This document shows positions 1-15,137 of a stretch of DNA of 64,000 nt, one piece after another (position 1 is the stretch's first letter; every line of letters starts with the position of its first letter). The position numbers were made by a program, and so were the translations under genes. The DNA lies in contig NC_134028.1 of assembly GCF_964204645.1 (NCBI RefSeq), positions 15,259,653 through 15,323,652 of the forward strand, in the 5' to 3' direction. Source of the DNA: Tubulanus polymorphus. Lineage: Eukaryota > Animalia > Nemertea. The notes below the pieces were generated by a model. The model did no database searches. It saw only the letters and a program-made list of their open reading frames with translations, and was not told the DNA's origin.

Positions 1-874
1 ATTTATGCGCAAACAATAGTCAACTTCCATCTGATTACAGAACAGTCAGTTTGAGGTAAGTTGATAGTGTTATAAGGGGTGAAATAGACGCCAAATCCTC
101 GTCCCTCAAAATTAGAGACGTAAATTAACCTTATATGAATCAAGGTGAGTTCTTTCTTGACATGAAAGCTCATTTTATTTCATAGTCACCCAAAGCATTT
201 GACTAGTCGCATCAAAAAAGAGTTGAAGTTAAACAAACTTGGTGGCTTTCAATTTATGTGATGGGAATGCTAAATTATGCATTTCGACAAGCATTGCCAA
301 TGCAGATATTCTTTAATTTTAAAGATATAGGCCTATTGCCTAAATAATAGCCTAAGTTTTTATCAACAACAAATAATATTGAGAATAATTAAGGATAGAT
401 TTAATTTTTATTTTATCAATTTAGTCCAAGTTTAAAAATCCCAATTGTGATGATGAATTGAAATCAAATCAATGAATTCTAGAAGTATAAAACATCAAAC
501 ATATAGGTATCAAATACATTTTCTAAGTCAACAAGTTAACTTTTAAGTTTATTAGAGTACAAAAGTTTTATTTGACGATAAAATCAGTGGTTGCATTGCA
601 AGAAACAGGAGTTAACATCTCTAGGCCCAGTTATATGCCTATAGACTGGTGTCAATTTTGACCCAGAGCAAACTCAATTGAAAAATATAGCTGCAAAGCA
701 CCGATAACGGGTTTTCTGCAAAGTCTTAGAATCCTGTTCAATGGTTAACACAGTTTTATAAGAGGTAGGTTGACAAACAGTCAATTACACCTAGGCCTAC
801 TCGAAACCATGGACAACTGGACCAGATGGCGAAAGGCTAGGCCTATTAGGAAACAGTATCAATGATAGGTCGCT

Positions 875-1165
875 CAAATGGCTCAGCAGTTAGGCTATCT
901 CTGAACGAAAACATGTGGCTGAAATCAACGGAACGCCTCATCTTAAAATAACTCGGTCTAACTAGTGGAGTCACGCAAGGAAGTATCCTAAGTCGTCTTC
1001 TCTTTAATGTCCTGATAAATGACATACGCAGTAATACAAAATTTACCTGACCGAGTAAATTTCCAAAATGACCTTAACACAATGTGTTCCCTACATGGAC
1101 AGAAACATGGAAGATGGGCTTCAACCTAAAAGGCATGATATGGATATTGGATACAAAGAAAATCC
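875..1165 (+). mobile_element. Decayed non-LTR retrotransposon (CR1/L2-like) reverse transcriptase fragment
   Basis: Translation near 962 gives TSGVTQGSILSRLLFNVLINDI, resembling the LINE RT motif SGVPQGSILGPLLF..INDL. WTETWKMGFN follows. No intact ORF. Confidence 0.7.
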
Positions 1166-1184
1166 GTGTTCAGATTATACCTTT

Positions 1185-1605
1185 GTGTTCGAATGAGAAG
1201 ATTATTTTGTTCGAATAAAGATTACTCATTAAGATGAACAGACTATTAAGTTCCACCAAAATTTTGCTCTTTGGAACAAAAAATGCTTCGATGAAACAAT
1301 ATGATTGTTCGAACAAGAAAAACTTAATGTTCTGAAATCTTGTTCGAATAAAAACAATTCTGTTTGATTGAATAATACCGTTTTTGTTCGAACAAAAACT
1401 TTTCTTCATTCTGACAAAAAAATTTGTTCGGATAAAAAGCTATGTTATGTTGAAATGAAAAACTTTTTGTCTTGACAAAAACATTTGGTTGAGCGAAAAC
1501 TATTTTTTTCGAACAAATGTTTGAATGAAAACAATTATGTTCGATTGAACGAAATACTTAACACTTTTGGTTCGGACAAAAATGTTTTACAATGTACTTG
1601 TTCGA
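1185..1605. repeat. Degenerate tandem repeat built on GTTCGAAYAA
   Basis: Many recurrences of gttcgaataa/gttcgaacaa/gttcggacaa separated by A/T tracts. Confidence 0.6.
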
Positions 1606-4600
1606 ATTAAAGTCTCCTTGTGAGTGGCGTTGCTGACAGTCGCAACCCCTCGCAAGGGGGTATAGGTCAATGAGTTGTTGCGACGCAATCGTCGCTGGCG
1701 GTCGCAGTGAATGGCGTCGCAGTGAGCCACATGCCATCGCAAGGCTGACCTACGCCTGGCTTAAGTCATTAGGAATTAATGAAATACCAGTTTCATTTAT
1801 GATGAAAAAACTCAAATAAAAAGTCTGGCTTATAAAGCTGTCTGCTCAGACAAAATTTTCAAAAAAATCATCATTTTTGCCAATAAAATTGATAATTGTG
1901 ATTGATCGTTGCAAGTCAGAACCAGTTTATCACTAATTAACATGCATTTTAATAAATCTGATTCCTCATTTACAGTGAACTTAGCTTTAACCTAGTATAG
2001 GCTACTAGCCTATGTAGGCCTATGTATATGCGTAGGCCCAAAATCCGGACGGATTGGTCGTAGGCCAATTGAATAACAACCCTCCTGAATATCGTAAATC
2101 TTGTTTTGAAGTTCAATCCAATGAGTCCGTTAATAAACGCAACAATTATGCTGTATTTGTTTGAGACAGTAAAGCTCAGTACCGGTAGGCCTAATGTCAA
2201 GTGTGAGTCCAGCATACGGATAGGAGTGTGTTATATACTTGTTTTTAGTAAATACCTTGTGCATTTGACAATGATCGGTATGTACTGTAGGAAATATAGA
2301 GTATTGATGGTATTGATGATATAGAGGTTGAAGCCTGCGGCCGAATAAAGTAATATATTCTTTTATTTTGATACCTCGTCGACATAACAGCTTTTCTCCG
2401 CTATATCTCTTCGGCGTGTACACTAAAGATTTATCTTAGTAAATACACGGTTAATTCGGTAAAGAAAAATAGGTAATGTTAAACTAACTCCTTGAAACCC
2501 GCAGCCAAATCACTGGTAGTAATAAATTAATTTGTACTCGATTTGATTCTCATGATGAGGAGAAACTAGCAGCTGATCCCCGGAACGACGATGTAGTAAC
2601 ACACGTCGATTCGTCGATGTTTACGGCTCGACAGTGCTTTTAAAATCTAAAGTAGTAAATTTCCAGTGTATCGGTAATATGATTTGACGAGGAAAATGGG
2701 CTATTGTTAAAATCACTGTTTGAAGACTGCGGCTGAATGCGAAGTCTGCGGCAATAAATTAGTTCATTTATACTTGAATTGATAATCGAAGTGACAATCG
2801 GCCTGCGGGTTGATTTCGGGATGACGACTCGAAAAACATGTCGCCCCATTGAATGGGGCTAAATTTTCGATGTTTACGGCCCAACAGTGCTTTTGTAACG
2901 ATGATTCGTGAAAAAACACGCGGAGTATTTGTAGATCTCAGTGAGCTGAACGATATCATACGGATTGTATCGACAACAGCGGCATGGTAACAAAGCTTTA
3001 GTTCTTTTAGTGAAAATAGTGTGACATAAAATAATAATAAGAAGAAACACGCGAATCTCAATAGGGTTTTCTGTGATGTAACAGAAAACCCTAATAATCA
3101 CGCGAATCTCAATAGGGTTTTCTGTGAAGAAACAGAACACCCTAAATATAGCTGCAAAGCAGCGATAATGGGTTTTCTGCAAATCCGTACCATGCCATTC
3201 AGGTTGATAGGAATTATTGAAAATTTAAATGCCGATACATGAAATATAATGTATTGACATTCGAACCTAATAAACAACCACTGTGTAAACGTCCAACTTT
3301 GAAACCAAACTAACGTGGACGTAAAATCAATAAATATGAATTGATTAGACCAAGCATTTATTTTGTATCACCACGCTTTAAAAATGGATCTGTTCTATAA
3401 AGAAACAGAAACTCATCTTAAGAATCTGCTGAGTCAATAGATTTTGAATACATTTACATATATTAGAACGTATTAGGACTTAGAATAGATTTCAAGGAAT
3501 TAATCTTTTTATTGAAATATTTGAATATATAAATATATTGTATTGTAGATTCAATCGATAGATTATGAATTCCTTTGGTCTGGGTATCGGGCCGATGTTG
3601 ACTTTGGCGTTCATGGATTACTAATTCTGTACTGATAAACAATTTAAACCTTGCAACACGTGCGTAAATATCAATCCTATTCCACTAGTTAATAAACTGT
3701 TAGTCACTGCAAACTATTCCGGTGTTATGTCGATCGTGTTAATCGCTTTGCTTGAGTTGAAAGAATCAGACCGTATATGGTATGATGCAACATCGGTCGA
3801 AGAGAGTTGGTGTTGACTGACTGCCATTGACCATTTATCTTCATGTGTTTAACATCAGCATATACCCATGAACTGCAAAATATTCATTGAACATGAAAAC
3901 CTATATACATGTATACAGTATGCAAACTTTAACCGATTTTGGATAGGCTATTTGAATGAACATTGGCTTATTTCAATATTCTAAAGCAGGAAATAATAAG
4001 CCCAATCAATAGGCCCTATTCCCATGGTATAATGCGTTCAGCTGTACCGTACACTCATCTGTCGAGATTGGAGAAATCGGTATACCAAACCTATGTACAG
4101 CAAAATGTACAGGCCTACATAATGATTTCTTGTTTTCTTGTAAACAAGCCGTGATCACATGAACGTTTTGGATCTAGGTTTGAGTATAAATGTCAGGTCA
4201 GCAGACAAGGCCTGAGCAAAATTTAATGACATGGCTCAATTAGCCTTTCTGTGTGCAAATACTTTACACACGAGCGTATTTTTTCGCCCGATCGCGACGA
4301 TTAAATTCGCCAGTGAATTCGCCGCCGAATTTATACGCCCGATACGAGTGGGCACACGTAGCGATGAAACCGAAATTCGGTCAGCGACCGGTACTTAGTG
4401 GACGAGAGTTAACAACTCACATAATGTCAACAATGCATCCTATTGGTTGATAAAAATGGATCGCTCGGCGGAATTCGCTGAGTGCGGGCAGACGAGCGAA
4501 TTTGTGGGCGATCCGATCGCCGGCGTAAATAATCGGCCGAAAATATTAAACATGTATGATACGGGTGATCAAGTCGGCCGACGAAATCGTCGTCGCCGTG

Positions 4601-6239
4601 AGTGGCCACATGAGTGAATTTTTCGGGCGATTTATAAATTCGCCGCGATTGGGCAAAAACTAGGCGTGCCCCTACCTTTAGGCATACTGCATTGTTTTGA
4701 TAATATCGAGTGAAAAGTGAATATACTGAATTTAGATTTTAGGCTAATACTGACCTAATCCTATCCGTATTATAATGACACCAGTATATTAACATTAGTG
4801 TAGGGCCAACGAGAGCGAAAAAGTTGTGTTTGTAGTACATGGTAGCTGACTCAATACTTAAATTCTGTTGTTACCCCTACATGAATGTACAGTTATTTTC
4901 ATAGATTAGCCTATATAAGTGTTGACGCATGCGCAATGCAGTAGAATTCTGACTTGTAATATTGGGATTTGAAACCAAATGAAAAAAAATCTGACGGTAG
5001 TCCTTTGATTTACCCGCTGAGCCACATTTATCAACTGCACCCTTCCCTATCCCTATTCTTTGATGCATGCGCGTACACGTAGATTATTGATGCATGCGCA
5101 GAGGGAAGTCACGTACGGCTAACCTGTGGAGATCACCGTACAATTATGTATGGGTAACATCTTCGTACTTAGAATGGTATTGGCTACTATGATAGGCCTA
5201 TAGACAAATAAATACCGGTAGGTTTTTTAGTTTCCACACTTCTCACAACTGAACCAACTCTGACCAGCCAGTATATTTTAGTCCCAGTACGCACCAATCG
5301 ACACAGGCCTAACACTGTTTGTCAACTGTCTGTGTGTTCGGTAGTAGTAGGCTATCGATAATCACCTGATACTTTTCTGTTGTTTCTATTCTCTCTGAAT
5401 GTAGTCGAAAGGAGCTCAGACCACTATTCCAAAATCTTCTACATCCTATAGTAAAAACAAGAAATTCAAGAGTTTAGTTCATATATAAGCGTGTAAATTC
5501 AGGGGAAATCCTGCTTATGGCTCATAGGCCAGCATCTTAGCTACGCATTGAAGTGGTTTTCGCCCCACATACCCAACCTAACTTTTTAAATCTTTAGAAA
5601 GGAGGGGTATCCCAGTACAGGTATGCCAGTACATCCGAGCCCAATATCTAAGGGAATCCCCCATCGTGTTTGGTACCCTTACTCCAAGCAAAAAAAGTCC
5701 AGGGAGTCCCTTATTTCATCATCAATCTGTCTCTCAGGATCAATGGATTTCATACATATAACCCAAATTCGTTACCTAGCCCATTTGCAGAAATTATGGC
5801 AACATTTATGGGGGACCTCTTCACTCTAGGTACTATTTTTGGGGACCGGCCCTACGCATCTTCGAGCTACTAACCTAATTGTGGTCTGATGCCAACGTAA
5901 TTTTAGTAACCACCTGCGACTCAACGACCTTGATTTAAACTTGATCAATTCAAAATGTATTTACTGGCGCTTTTGTTTACATGAACAGATCAGCAATATA
6001 TTTAGATAAAATAACCGGAATAACGGAAATCAATACTATAAAAGAGGTAACAACAAACAAATGCCTGTAAACCTGTCGAATTTGTGAATTCCTTGCATTC
6101 CGGAGCATTCCTTGGACGTATTATCGTTTCATCGGCGCATTCAGGTATACCGTTATGCAGGAGTATGGAACACCTGAAGGGACATACCGATAGCTGATCA
6201 CCGACGTAGTATGTTTCCGCCGGTGTTAGCTGTCTGAAA

Positions 6240-6420
6240 GTAATTTTAAGTTTAAAATAGGATGGAGAGTGCATTGATAGAATCTATGCGGAGAGAAGGT
6301 CTGTTATATTTCTATCAGAATTCAACATTCCGTTTAGTAGCTGTTAGTTGTCGAATCCGAGAGATGAATTTTATGTGATGAAAAAAAGTGGATTCTGTGA
6401 AGAAACAGAAAACCCTAATG
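6240..6420. repeat. Dispersed interspersed repeat, second copy at ~52072-52320
   Basis: gtaattttaagtttaaaataggatg...gtgatgaaaaaaagtgga is near-identical at both loci, and both are followed by gaaaaccctaa. Confidence 0.75.
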
Positions 6421-8035
6421 AATTAACCCTGGTTTAAAGTAAATACCAGTCTATAAAACTGACACATGGTTAACAGTTTCGTTTCAGACTTTCGGGGACC
6501 ATAAAAACATCCAGTATTGAGACTAGGCTATATTCCACTGTTAGGCCAACCAATGTCTAAGTTACTAACAATAAGCAGCAAATTTTTGTCCACGAATGCA
6601 TATCAAATTTGATGAAATTACTTCAATGCGTTTGAACCTATTAGGCTAATTATTGACTAATTCTGTTTTCTCTTTTATAGGTAGAATAGAATTAGGCCTA
6701 TTCAATACCACTCAAGTCCACTATACAGGTGAACTCAACTATCAACAAGGACTCAATTAGTGTCAACAAGCTCGGACAAACATCTACTTTTTTAAATGAT
6801 AACTGTGCAGTAGTCTGGGCATACTGCAGTTTAACCATTTTATTACAACAACCAGTTAATGCTGATTTGGAGATAATCAACAGCTATCTACGGAATTGTT
6901 GAGAGGAGGTACGTAGGTTAGTGTTGGTAATGTTGAACAAAAATCTAGCCTAGACTGGCCTAGGCCTCATTGTTCAAACCTCCTTTAAGCCAAGCTAGTT
7001 TGTAAAGCTGAGTTACATATCAAAGTGCAATGCAACAAATACAGTGGCAACTTGGGGTATTGAGAAATGAGACTTGTTGAACTCTGAATGAATTGACTTT
7101 TTGGCTCTTGTTAGCCAATGTCAACGGTCTGGCCGATCAATAATCATTCGTATGCTGAATACACTACGCTCAAAGCTATTTTTAGCACTCTCAAACGCAA
7201 TTTCAGTAGCTTGTAATTTCACTACCAATAGGCGAATTGAACGGATTAAGCAAAAATTATTTCGTAATTGGTTTTTCTTTATGGTGTGCATAGTTTTTGA
7301 GAAATTAACCAAAAAATGTCAAAAAGTCGATTTATTTGAGCACGTTTTTTTATGCAGCATCTTTAACTGTCCAAAATTACACATGTGAAAATTCAATGCT
7401 ATTTGCGTCGGAAGAACCTTATATCGCCAAGATTCAACGCTTTGTTCGGTAGTTATGGGCTTTCAAAGACAAAACCCCTCGAAATCTTGGTTAAATTTGT
7501 GTTGACCCGGTTTTGACTTCCATCATGACGTCGAAGGAGGTGGATCAGCTGGTGTGCATTATTTCACAAACAAAATAGTGGCAACATTGAATAGGTTGAT
7601 ATTCATCATTTCTAGCGCGAATACTGATACTCAAGGTGTATGATATAATGATTTAATGTGTGCGATGTGTTCAATGATTCATCTAGTTTTGATATCCCGT
7701 GCGTAAGGTAACGTTGCATCAAGATATCTGACAAAAATTTGGTTTCAAAATGCGGAAATTTACTTCCATGTTCGCCACACGGCTGATTTACTGATAGCAT
7801 GAAATTTTTAGAGATGAGTCTGATATATACACGACTGGAATACTTGATTTATCACCATTAATTGAAGCATTAGCGATCCGTTTTGTAGCCTGATTATTAG
7901 TATTAGTTTGTTAACTGCGGCACAGTGATGAACGTTTGCGTTGAAAACAGTCGTGTACAGTCTTTAGGCAAAATCGCATTCTACTCTCGTGTTCACTGCG
8001 TGTATGTATCAATTATAGAGTATGCGCGCCTCACA

Positions 8036-9015
8036 CACACCTGCCAACCGTTACGTTTTTGCCATATTCCGTTCCGGTGCTACCCGCAGTAATACGGCGT
8101 TACTGGCACAGGCAATGGAATACGCTTTTTTCCGATATCGTTCCGATGTTACGCGAATGAGCAAATAAATACGGCCTCAATAAAATCTCCTTATATTATG
8201 TCAATAAAGGTAATTTTGCAGTACATAATCGGTATTTTGATGGTTTATTAACATTTATTACGGGGAAATTTGGTTTTTATTTGAGTAATTGTCACGAAGT
8301 TTCCATACAGCCGGGAACCAGTGTAGCGAATTTTCGGTTACAACGAGTAATACCGGGAACCAGTCTAGCGAATTTTCGGTTACAACGAGTAATTTTCATC
8401 GCTCAAATTGTCATGAATGTTGCAAATGGCGGACGAAGTTCACGACGTTTTGTCAAATCTGGAAAATTCGGAGGGTTCTCCGTCTTCTTCGGAGTCGGAA
8501 TCTCAAACTGATACTGCGGTAACAGGCAGTAGAAAACGTATGATTAAGAAATATCGGAAACAGAAGTATAAAAAATCGTACAGCGCACAATATCCATGTT
8601 TCATAGCATCGAAATTAAGTAAATATCATGCAAGATGTACGATATGTCAAATCGTTATTTTGTTTTCTAGTTGAGTTAACTGGTAATTATAATCTTTAAT
8701 TGATGGTAGATTAAGTTTACCTGTGATAGTGCGAGTAGGTGATGGGGTGTGTCTGATGTCTCAAAATTGTTTATATTTTATGGAAACTGCAGTTTCAAGT
8801 TTAATTTCATAATAAATGCATTTTTTAAAATTAATTTCTTTAGTAGTTTTAATATTCTATATTCTGATTTTAATCCGAAAATTCGTTACTGGCCATATTG
8901 AAAATGTTACTGGCAAAGGTCACATCAAGTCTAGTGGGTCACTGGCAAAATCTAAAAAATACTGGCAAATTTGAAAAATGTTACTCTCTTGAAAAATTCA
9001 ATGTTGGCAGGTCTG
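8036..9015 (+). mobile_element. Non-autonomous hAT-like DNA transposon (internal deletion derivative)
   Basis: TIRs CACACCTGCCAAC / GTTGGCAGGTCTG flanked by CTCACA on both sides. Internal truncated ORF (8426-8674) ends in ...KYHARCTIC, like the N-terminal Zn finger of hAT transposases. Subterminal gttactggc repeats. Confidence 0.7.
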
Positions 9016-10455
9016 CTCACAACGATTTGTCTGAGTGAAGGTGTAAGCTACTTAAAGCAATCCGATCGTGAAATTATTAAAAACCATGTCAGTCGATAAA
9101 CTTAGTTTGTCAGTAACCAGCACTGGCCTCAAATTTAAAGAACTAGGTAGCTTCTGTCCTGATTGGTGCGTGTATGATAATGAAAAACCTCTGATGAAAC
9201 CCAGGCTCTCACCAAGTTTGTACTGTACCTTAACGGATCACTCGTGGTTTTAGTTGTTTTACGTCATTCAAGGGATGTATTAATATTATGAACATTTGTT
9301 CAGACAAAAGGCCCATAATCAATTTTTTGAATATTTCATTCTTGTAAAGTCATTTATCATAAAAGTTCACACTGACCAAAATTGAGTCCTTTTCATATAT
9401 TTTTGGTTTACCTTGAAATGAAACAGTACATTGAATATATGCAGGTTTTTACGTTACCAGCTTAAATGTAGTCACTAAGAATGAGTGGCAGCTTATTGGA
9501 ACACTGCCAGTATCCTGAAACCTTAAACGTTTTCACACTTCAAACATACGTAGCTCATACATCGGCAGTTGGTTGGCCGTTTTTATAAAAAATAGAATCT
9601 ATTTCAATGAATCCGAGAAAAATGTTTTCACTCTGCACCTTTGAAGTCGGGTCGGTCGGTTTACGGCAATCAGACCATTATTTTGGGATGGCCTTATAAA
9701 TAATCATTTAACCTTTTATAGCAGAAGATGAGCACTGTGTTTCCTGTTTGATAGAATTTGTAATAAATTGTAATTTCTTGTGACCTGAAAATACTAAGCA
9801 GCAAAGTAATGCCCTTGCTCAAAACAACCTCTAGCCTTTTCAAGTTAAACCACACTTTGCCCATGGGCAATTTATTTTCTTGTTTAATTTTCAATGAAAT
9901 GAATTTTTGCGTACCAGTAGGCTATGTGACATATTTTACTTCCTCACACCAATTTGGCGAGCCACTGGACCATTGGTCCTTTATTTAAATTCAAATCAAT
10001 GAGACGATCAAATTTGATCAAGTAAATTTGTTCCTGCCTCTTCCTATTTGTGTTACTTAAGAAAAAAGTGATTGAACTAAGTAAATTACATGGAAGCAGA
10101 AAGTGTACTTCGACACATTGAACCATTCACGATAAGCGAATATTATAGGCTGGCCATAGTGCGCGCTTGGGCCTATTTCATAAGTTGATTATTTTTATTG
10201 GTGACCACGTATATTTTTATCCACAATCAATTGCAAAATTGTAGCTCATGACATGCTCTATGATTGGTGAATTTTAAAGGATATCCATGAAAGCTCTGCA
10301 TCTACTTACTTATGGATAACGTATGAAAAGTGAAAACAATGACCCAAACTTAACTGCATTTCACCTTTTCAAAAAAGAAAAATTTTTCTGTTCAAAAAAT
10401 TATACCATAAGAATATTAATTTTTGTTATTTTCAGAACAGAGAAACCGCGAGAAA

Positions 10456-10914
10456 ATGCCAATTCTTGCTCGTGATCATTTGGCAGTTAAGCTGAGACAG
10501 AATTGGCTTGCCAGAACTCCTGCTGAAAGTAATAGCATAGCTGGAAACCTTGATGATAGCTTGACAAGCCTCAACTGGCTTCATAATCTAAACATTATGA
10601 AGATCGCAGTTCCTACTCCCCCCTCCAGTCCAATACCAAAAATCGAAGGTGCGCAGGATTACAATGTGAAAGTGAACCCTAACTCAATATTGAATATTGG
10701 AGTTCCTCTGTCTCAGGACACTGCTCCCTGTATGCCAATGTATGATAAGATAGATTACAAAACTAATCCCTATGTTAAGCCACCATATTCCTATGCTACT
10801 TTAATCTGTATGGCAATGAAGGAAACAAATAAGATGAAAATCACCTTGTCTGATATATATCACTGGATTACAGAGAACTACATGTACTATAGAATGGCTG
10901 ATCCAAGCTGGCAG
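10456..10914 (+). CDS. FOXJ1: Forkhead box protein J1, coding exon 1
   Basis: LDDSLTSLNWL motif and DYKTNPYVKPPYSYATLICMAM...ITLSDIYHWITENYMYYRMADPSWQ forkhead N-half. Upstream acceptor ttttcag; phase-0 donor CAG|gtaaga at 10914/10915. Confidence 0.93.
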
Positions 10915-12099
10915 GTAAGATATTGACAATTACCATGATACAACGTCTATGCTACCATTTACCTAATAAATTTTTTCTGACAGGCAATATCTTAGGTGAG
11001 GTTTCCTCTTGAGGTGAGGTATTCGGACACAAACTGAAGGTGCATTCTTCTCAAAATAGCCGTTTTCTTGATTATGCGAAACAGAATCATAGGCTGTGAT
11101 GAGGATTCCATCGCTGAGATTTCATCTATTAATTATTTTAATGTACATTATCAATCCAACTGAAAAATTTGTAGTCTTGAAACCCTGTTGTTCCCACAGG
11201 GTTTTTGCTAGTAAAATTAGATGTCAATATGAAAATATATAAGGAAGTTTTGCCAAAATAATTTATTATCGGACTTCTCCAAAATGGTGTATTAATGTAC
11301 CACTCGTGAAAGACTACAACGATAGGCCCCTTGTTTTGGGATTGGACCCATTAGTTTATATGAAGAATAATTAAGCTTACAAAACACCACAGAGCATGTG
11401 TCATCTCCTCGCATGGTCATTGAGGTGACCCAGTTTTTGTTGTCGCCACCAGAGGAAGTGGAGTGTTCACTATATGTACTTTGTCTATTTATATTGGTAC
11501 CTATGCATATTTTGTAATCACAATCAATTGCACATTAGTAGCTAATGACATTTTTAGTTTCGCTGTGACGGAAGGTTTAGTGGGTGGCCTACTTAGGCCT
11601 ACGTGACTGACCTTGCTTGAGCGTTCGTTGCTGGCGCACCGCTTCAAATGTTATAACTGATTGCTAATGACATACAACAAATAAACCTTTAAAGAAAGGT
11701 ACCTAGTGTCTTATATTCTACTGACTAATTCTGGATTGATTCACCGCATAGTTTTTTCATAGTGAGCATCTTAGTAGCCCTATGTGAATCAATTTAAATG
11801 ATTGATAGGCGCGGGTGCGGTTGTATCAGCTGTTGAAGACGTTCGATGTAAACAATAATATTAACCACATGCGTGATACAAACAGAGACATCAAACTGAG
11901 AAGCACTGAATTTCTGAATTACATGTGCTGGTTTTTCAAAAGTATAATCTTAATTGGCTTCTATTGCATAGACCTAAGCCAGGCCCTCTGGAACTGAATT
12001 GAATTTGACACAGTAATTCGCCTGGAATTTGCAATGAATCTTTTTGAAAATAAGCTTGAAGATTGGTTGTGAGGAGATGTCCACCCCTATCGTAAAAGA

Positions 12100-13150
12100 A
12101 GGTCATTGGTGATCAAATATGGCTGCCATTGGGGTAGCCATCTTGAATATCTTGTTTGCACGATGCAGCCCTCAATTTTTGATGGATTTTCGCAAAGTTG
12201 TAGCTCATGACATGTTGTATGATTGGGGTGAGTTTCAAGGTCATTGGGTTTTGCATATGGTGACCAGGGGGCGTTGAATAGTAGATTAACTGCATTTCCG
12301 TATCAAATTGGTAACTAGGCATTTTTTGTTATCACAATTAATTACAAAATTGTAGCTGTTGACATGTTCTATAATTGTGCTGAGTTTTAAGGTCATTGGT
12401 TATTGTATATGGTCACCAGGGGGCATTGAATAGTGAAATTGTTAGATTGTTGAGCATTTGAAACCACTTCACAGGTGGGCATGGTGTCCCTGGACCCCTA
12501 GTTAGATTCGTCCCCAGGGGAAGCTACAGAGCCATTTTTACATTTTTCATCTTGGGGGCGCCCCTAGGGTTGTAGCTTCTATTTGTTCACATTGCTACTA
12601 GTCCTAGTTTTAATCAGATCAATTCCAAGTTTGGAATGAATATTTTTTGGACCCAACCTACGAAGTGCAAAGCCCTTTTATGGATTTGGTCTCAAGGGGG
12701 CACCTCCCTAGTATGCAGCTTCTATTTCTTGAAATCACACAGCGGAGCCATATAAGCCGATAGGCTCCTTGTCTATGATTATGGTGAGTTTCATGGTAAT
12801 TTGTCTCTTTGTACTCATACAGAAGCATTGAACAGCCCAAAAACATGGTCGTATTTTCATATACATTGGTACCTTTGTTTATTCAGTAACCACAATGAAT
12901 TGCACAAATGTGGCTCATGATGTGTTCTTTGATTTTGCTGAGTTTCAAGGTCATTGGTTCCTGCATTTATATGTTTACGGGGGTCGATGAATGCAGAATT
13001 ACTGGGTTTCTATATGTTGTAACCACTATCACTTGCAAATAATAGTTGACTAGTTCCTGTGATTGTGGTCAGTTTCAAGATTTCATTGACTACTACATTT
13101 GTTCACCAGGAGGCGTTGAATATCAAAATGCCAATTTTTCAAGCTTTTCA
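12100..13150. repeat. Intronic copies of a Helentron/HINE-like repeat family (ggtcaccagggggcgttgaa units)
   Basis: Same ~126-bp unit and gggcatggtgtccctggacccctagtt terminus as 21100-21679. Confidence 0.6.
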
Positions 13151-14315
13151 CTAAGGGAGCATCTCAAAATTTCGAGTTGCTTCAATTTGAAAGACTCGCG
13201 GAAGTGAGTGGGGTGTTGAAGACGCCCGTGGATTGATCATGACTGATCATTGCTATAGGATCCAATCCCGGTCTCAAGTAGTTGGCACAGTTTTGACAGA
13301 AGCTGGAAATAATCGCAATTCAGATATAAATATTTTTATCTTATTTCATTTTGTTTATAAAGTCTATGGAACAGCCTAGATAAAACTTCCCATGTTGATG
13401 TGATTAAAAGCTGACTAATTATTTTGGTGCATCAACAATGCAAAAAAAAAACCGCGCTGAATGCGCGTCTCTCGCTGCAAAAATTGTCTTCTGCTCAGAC
13501 GCGTTTGTAGTTTTGATTGTGGTTTTGTGCATTTCATTGTGGGATGTATCTGGCCAACACAAATTGTTAATGCAAAAATAATTTATATGTAGTTGCGACT
13601 TTTAACACCCGTGTCTTGTACGTGCATTTAACCACGCCTGAAACTAAGTGCGCAACAAAGCTGCTTCTATGTGTAAAATAATCCTGAACCACGATTGACA
13701 TACGTTTTATGGGATGTTTTATCTAGGCTGTACTATATTAGAGTCTAATAGATTTTTCATGTAATTTTTCTATTTCATTTTCAATTAAAAGTTGTGATTA
13801 AAATACACTAGTGAGAACTTATCTTTATCTATGGTCTCTCATTAGAAAATCAAAAGTTCCTACTTGGGGACGTGTCTGATCAAAGGGTGGTCAGGGGGTA
13901 AGAAAGAATTAGACAGTTATACTGATTGACACAACTATTGAAATTTAGGATTTTGGGCATGGTGTCCCTAGACCCATTGTTTTAAGATCCTAACTTCATA
14001 ATACTTATGGAGCCTGTTGTTGGTGACCTTCCTTAGGTACAGTAAAACCCGCTTAATCCGGATAAGCTTAATCCAGATTTCTGTCCATTTGTAAATTGAT
14101 ATACAAGAAAATGACGTTTATTCTGAATATCCCATAAACCTCAAAATATCTCAATTTAGCGGGTTCTACTGCACATGCAATATTTCATTATCTAGGCAAA
14201 GTTAAAGTCCTAAACAAACACCTGTGTGAAGGTCTTTTTAGGGACCATCCATTTAGTACATACACAAAAATCTGCTGATGTATGAATTAATGAGGATTGT
14301 TTATTTCATTTTTAG

Positions 14316-15137
<822 letters not shown>

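Noticed and set aside
1170-8000. Numerous 60-100 aa ORFs upstream of FoxJ1
   Set aside because: No recognisable domains; consistent with chance ORFs in repeats and intergenic DNA.
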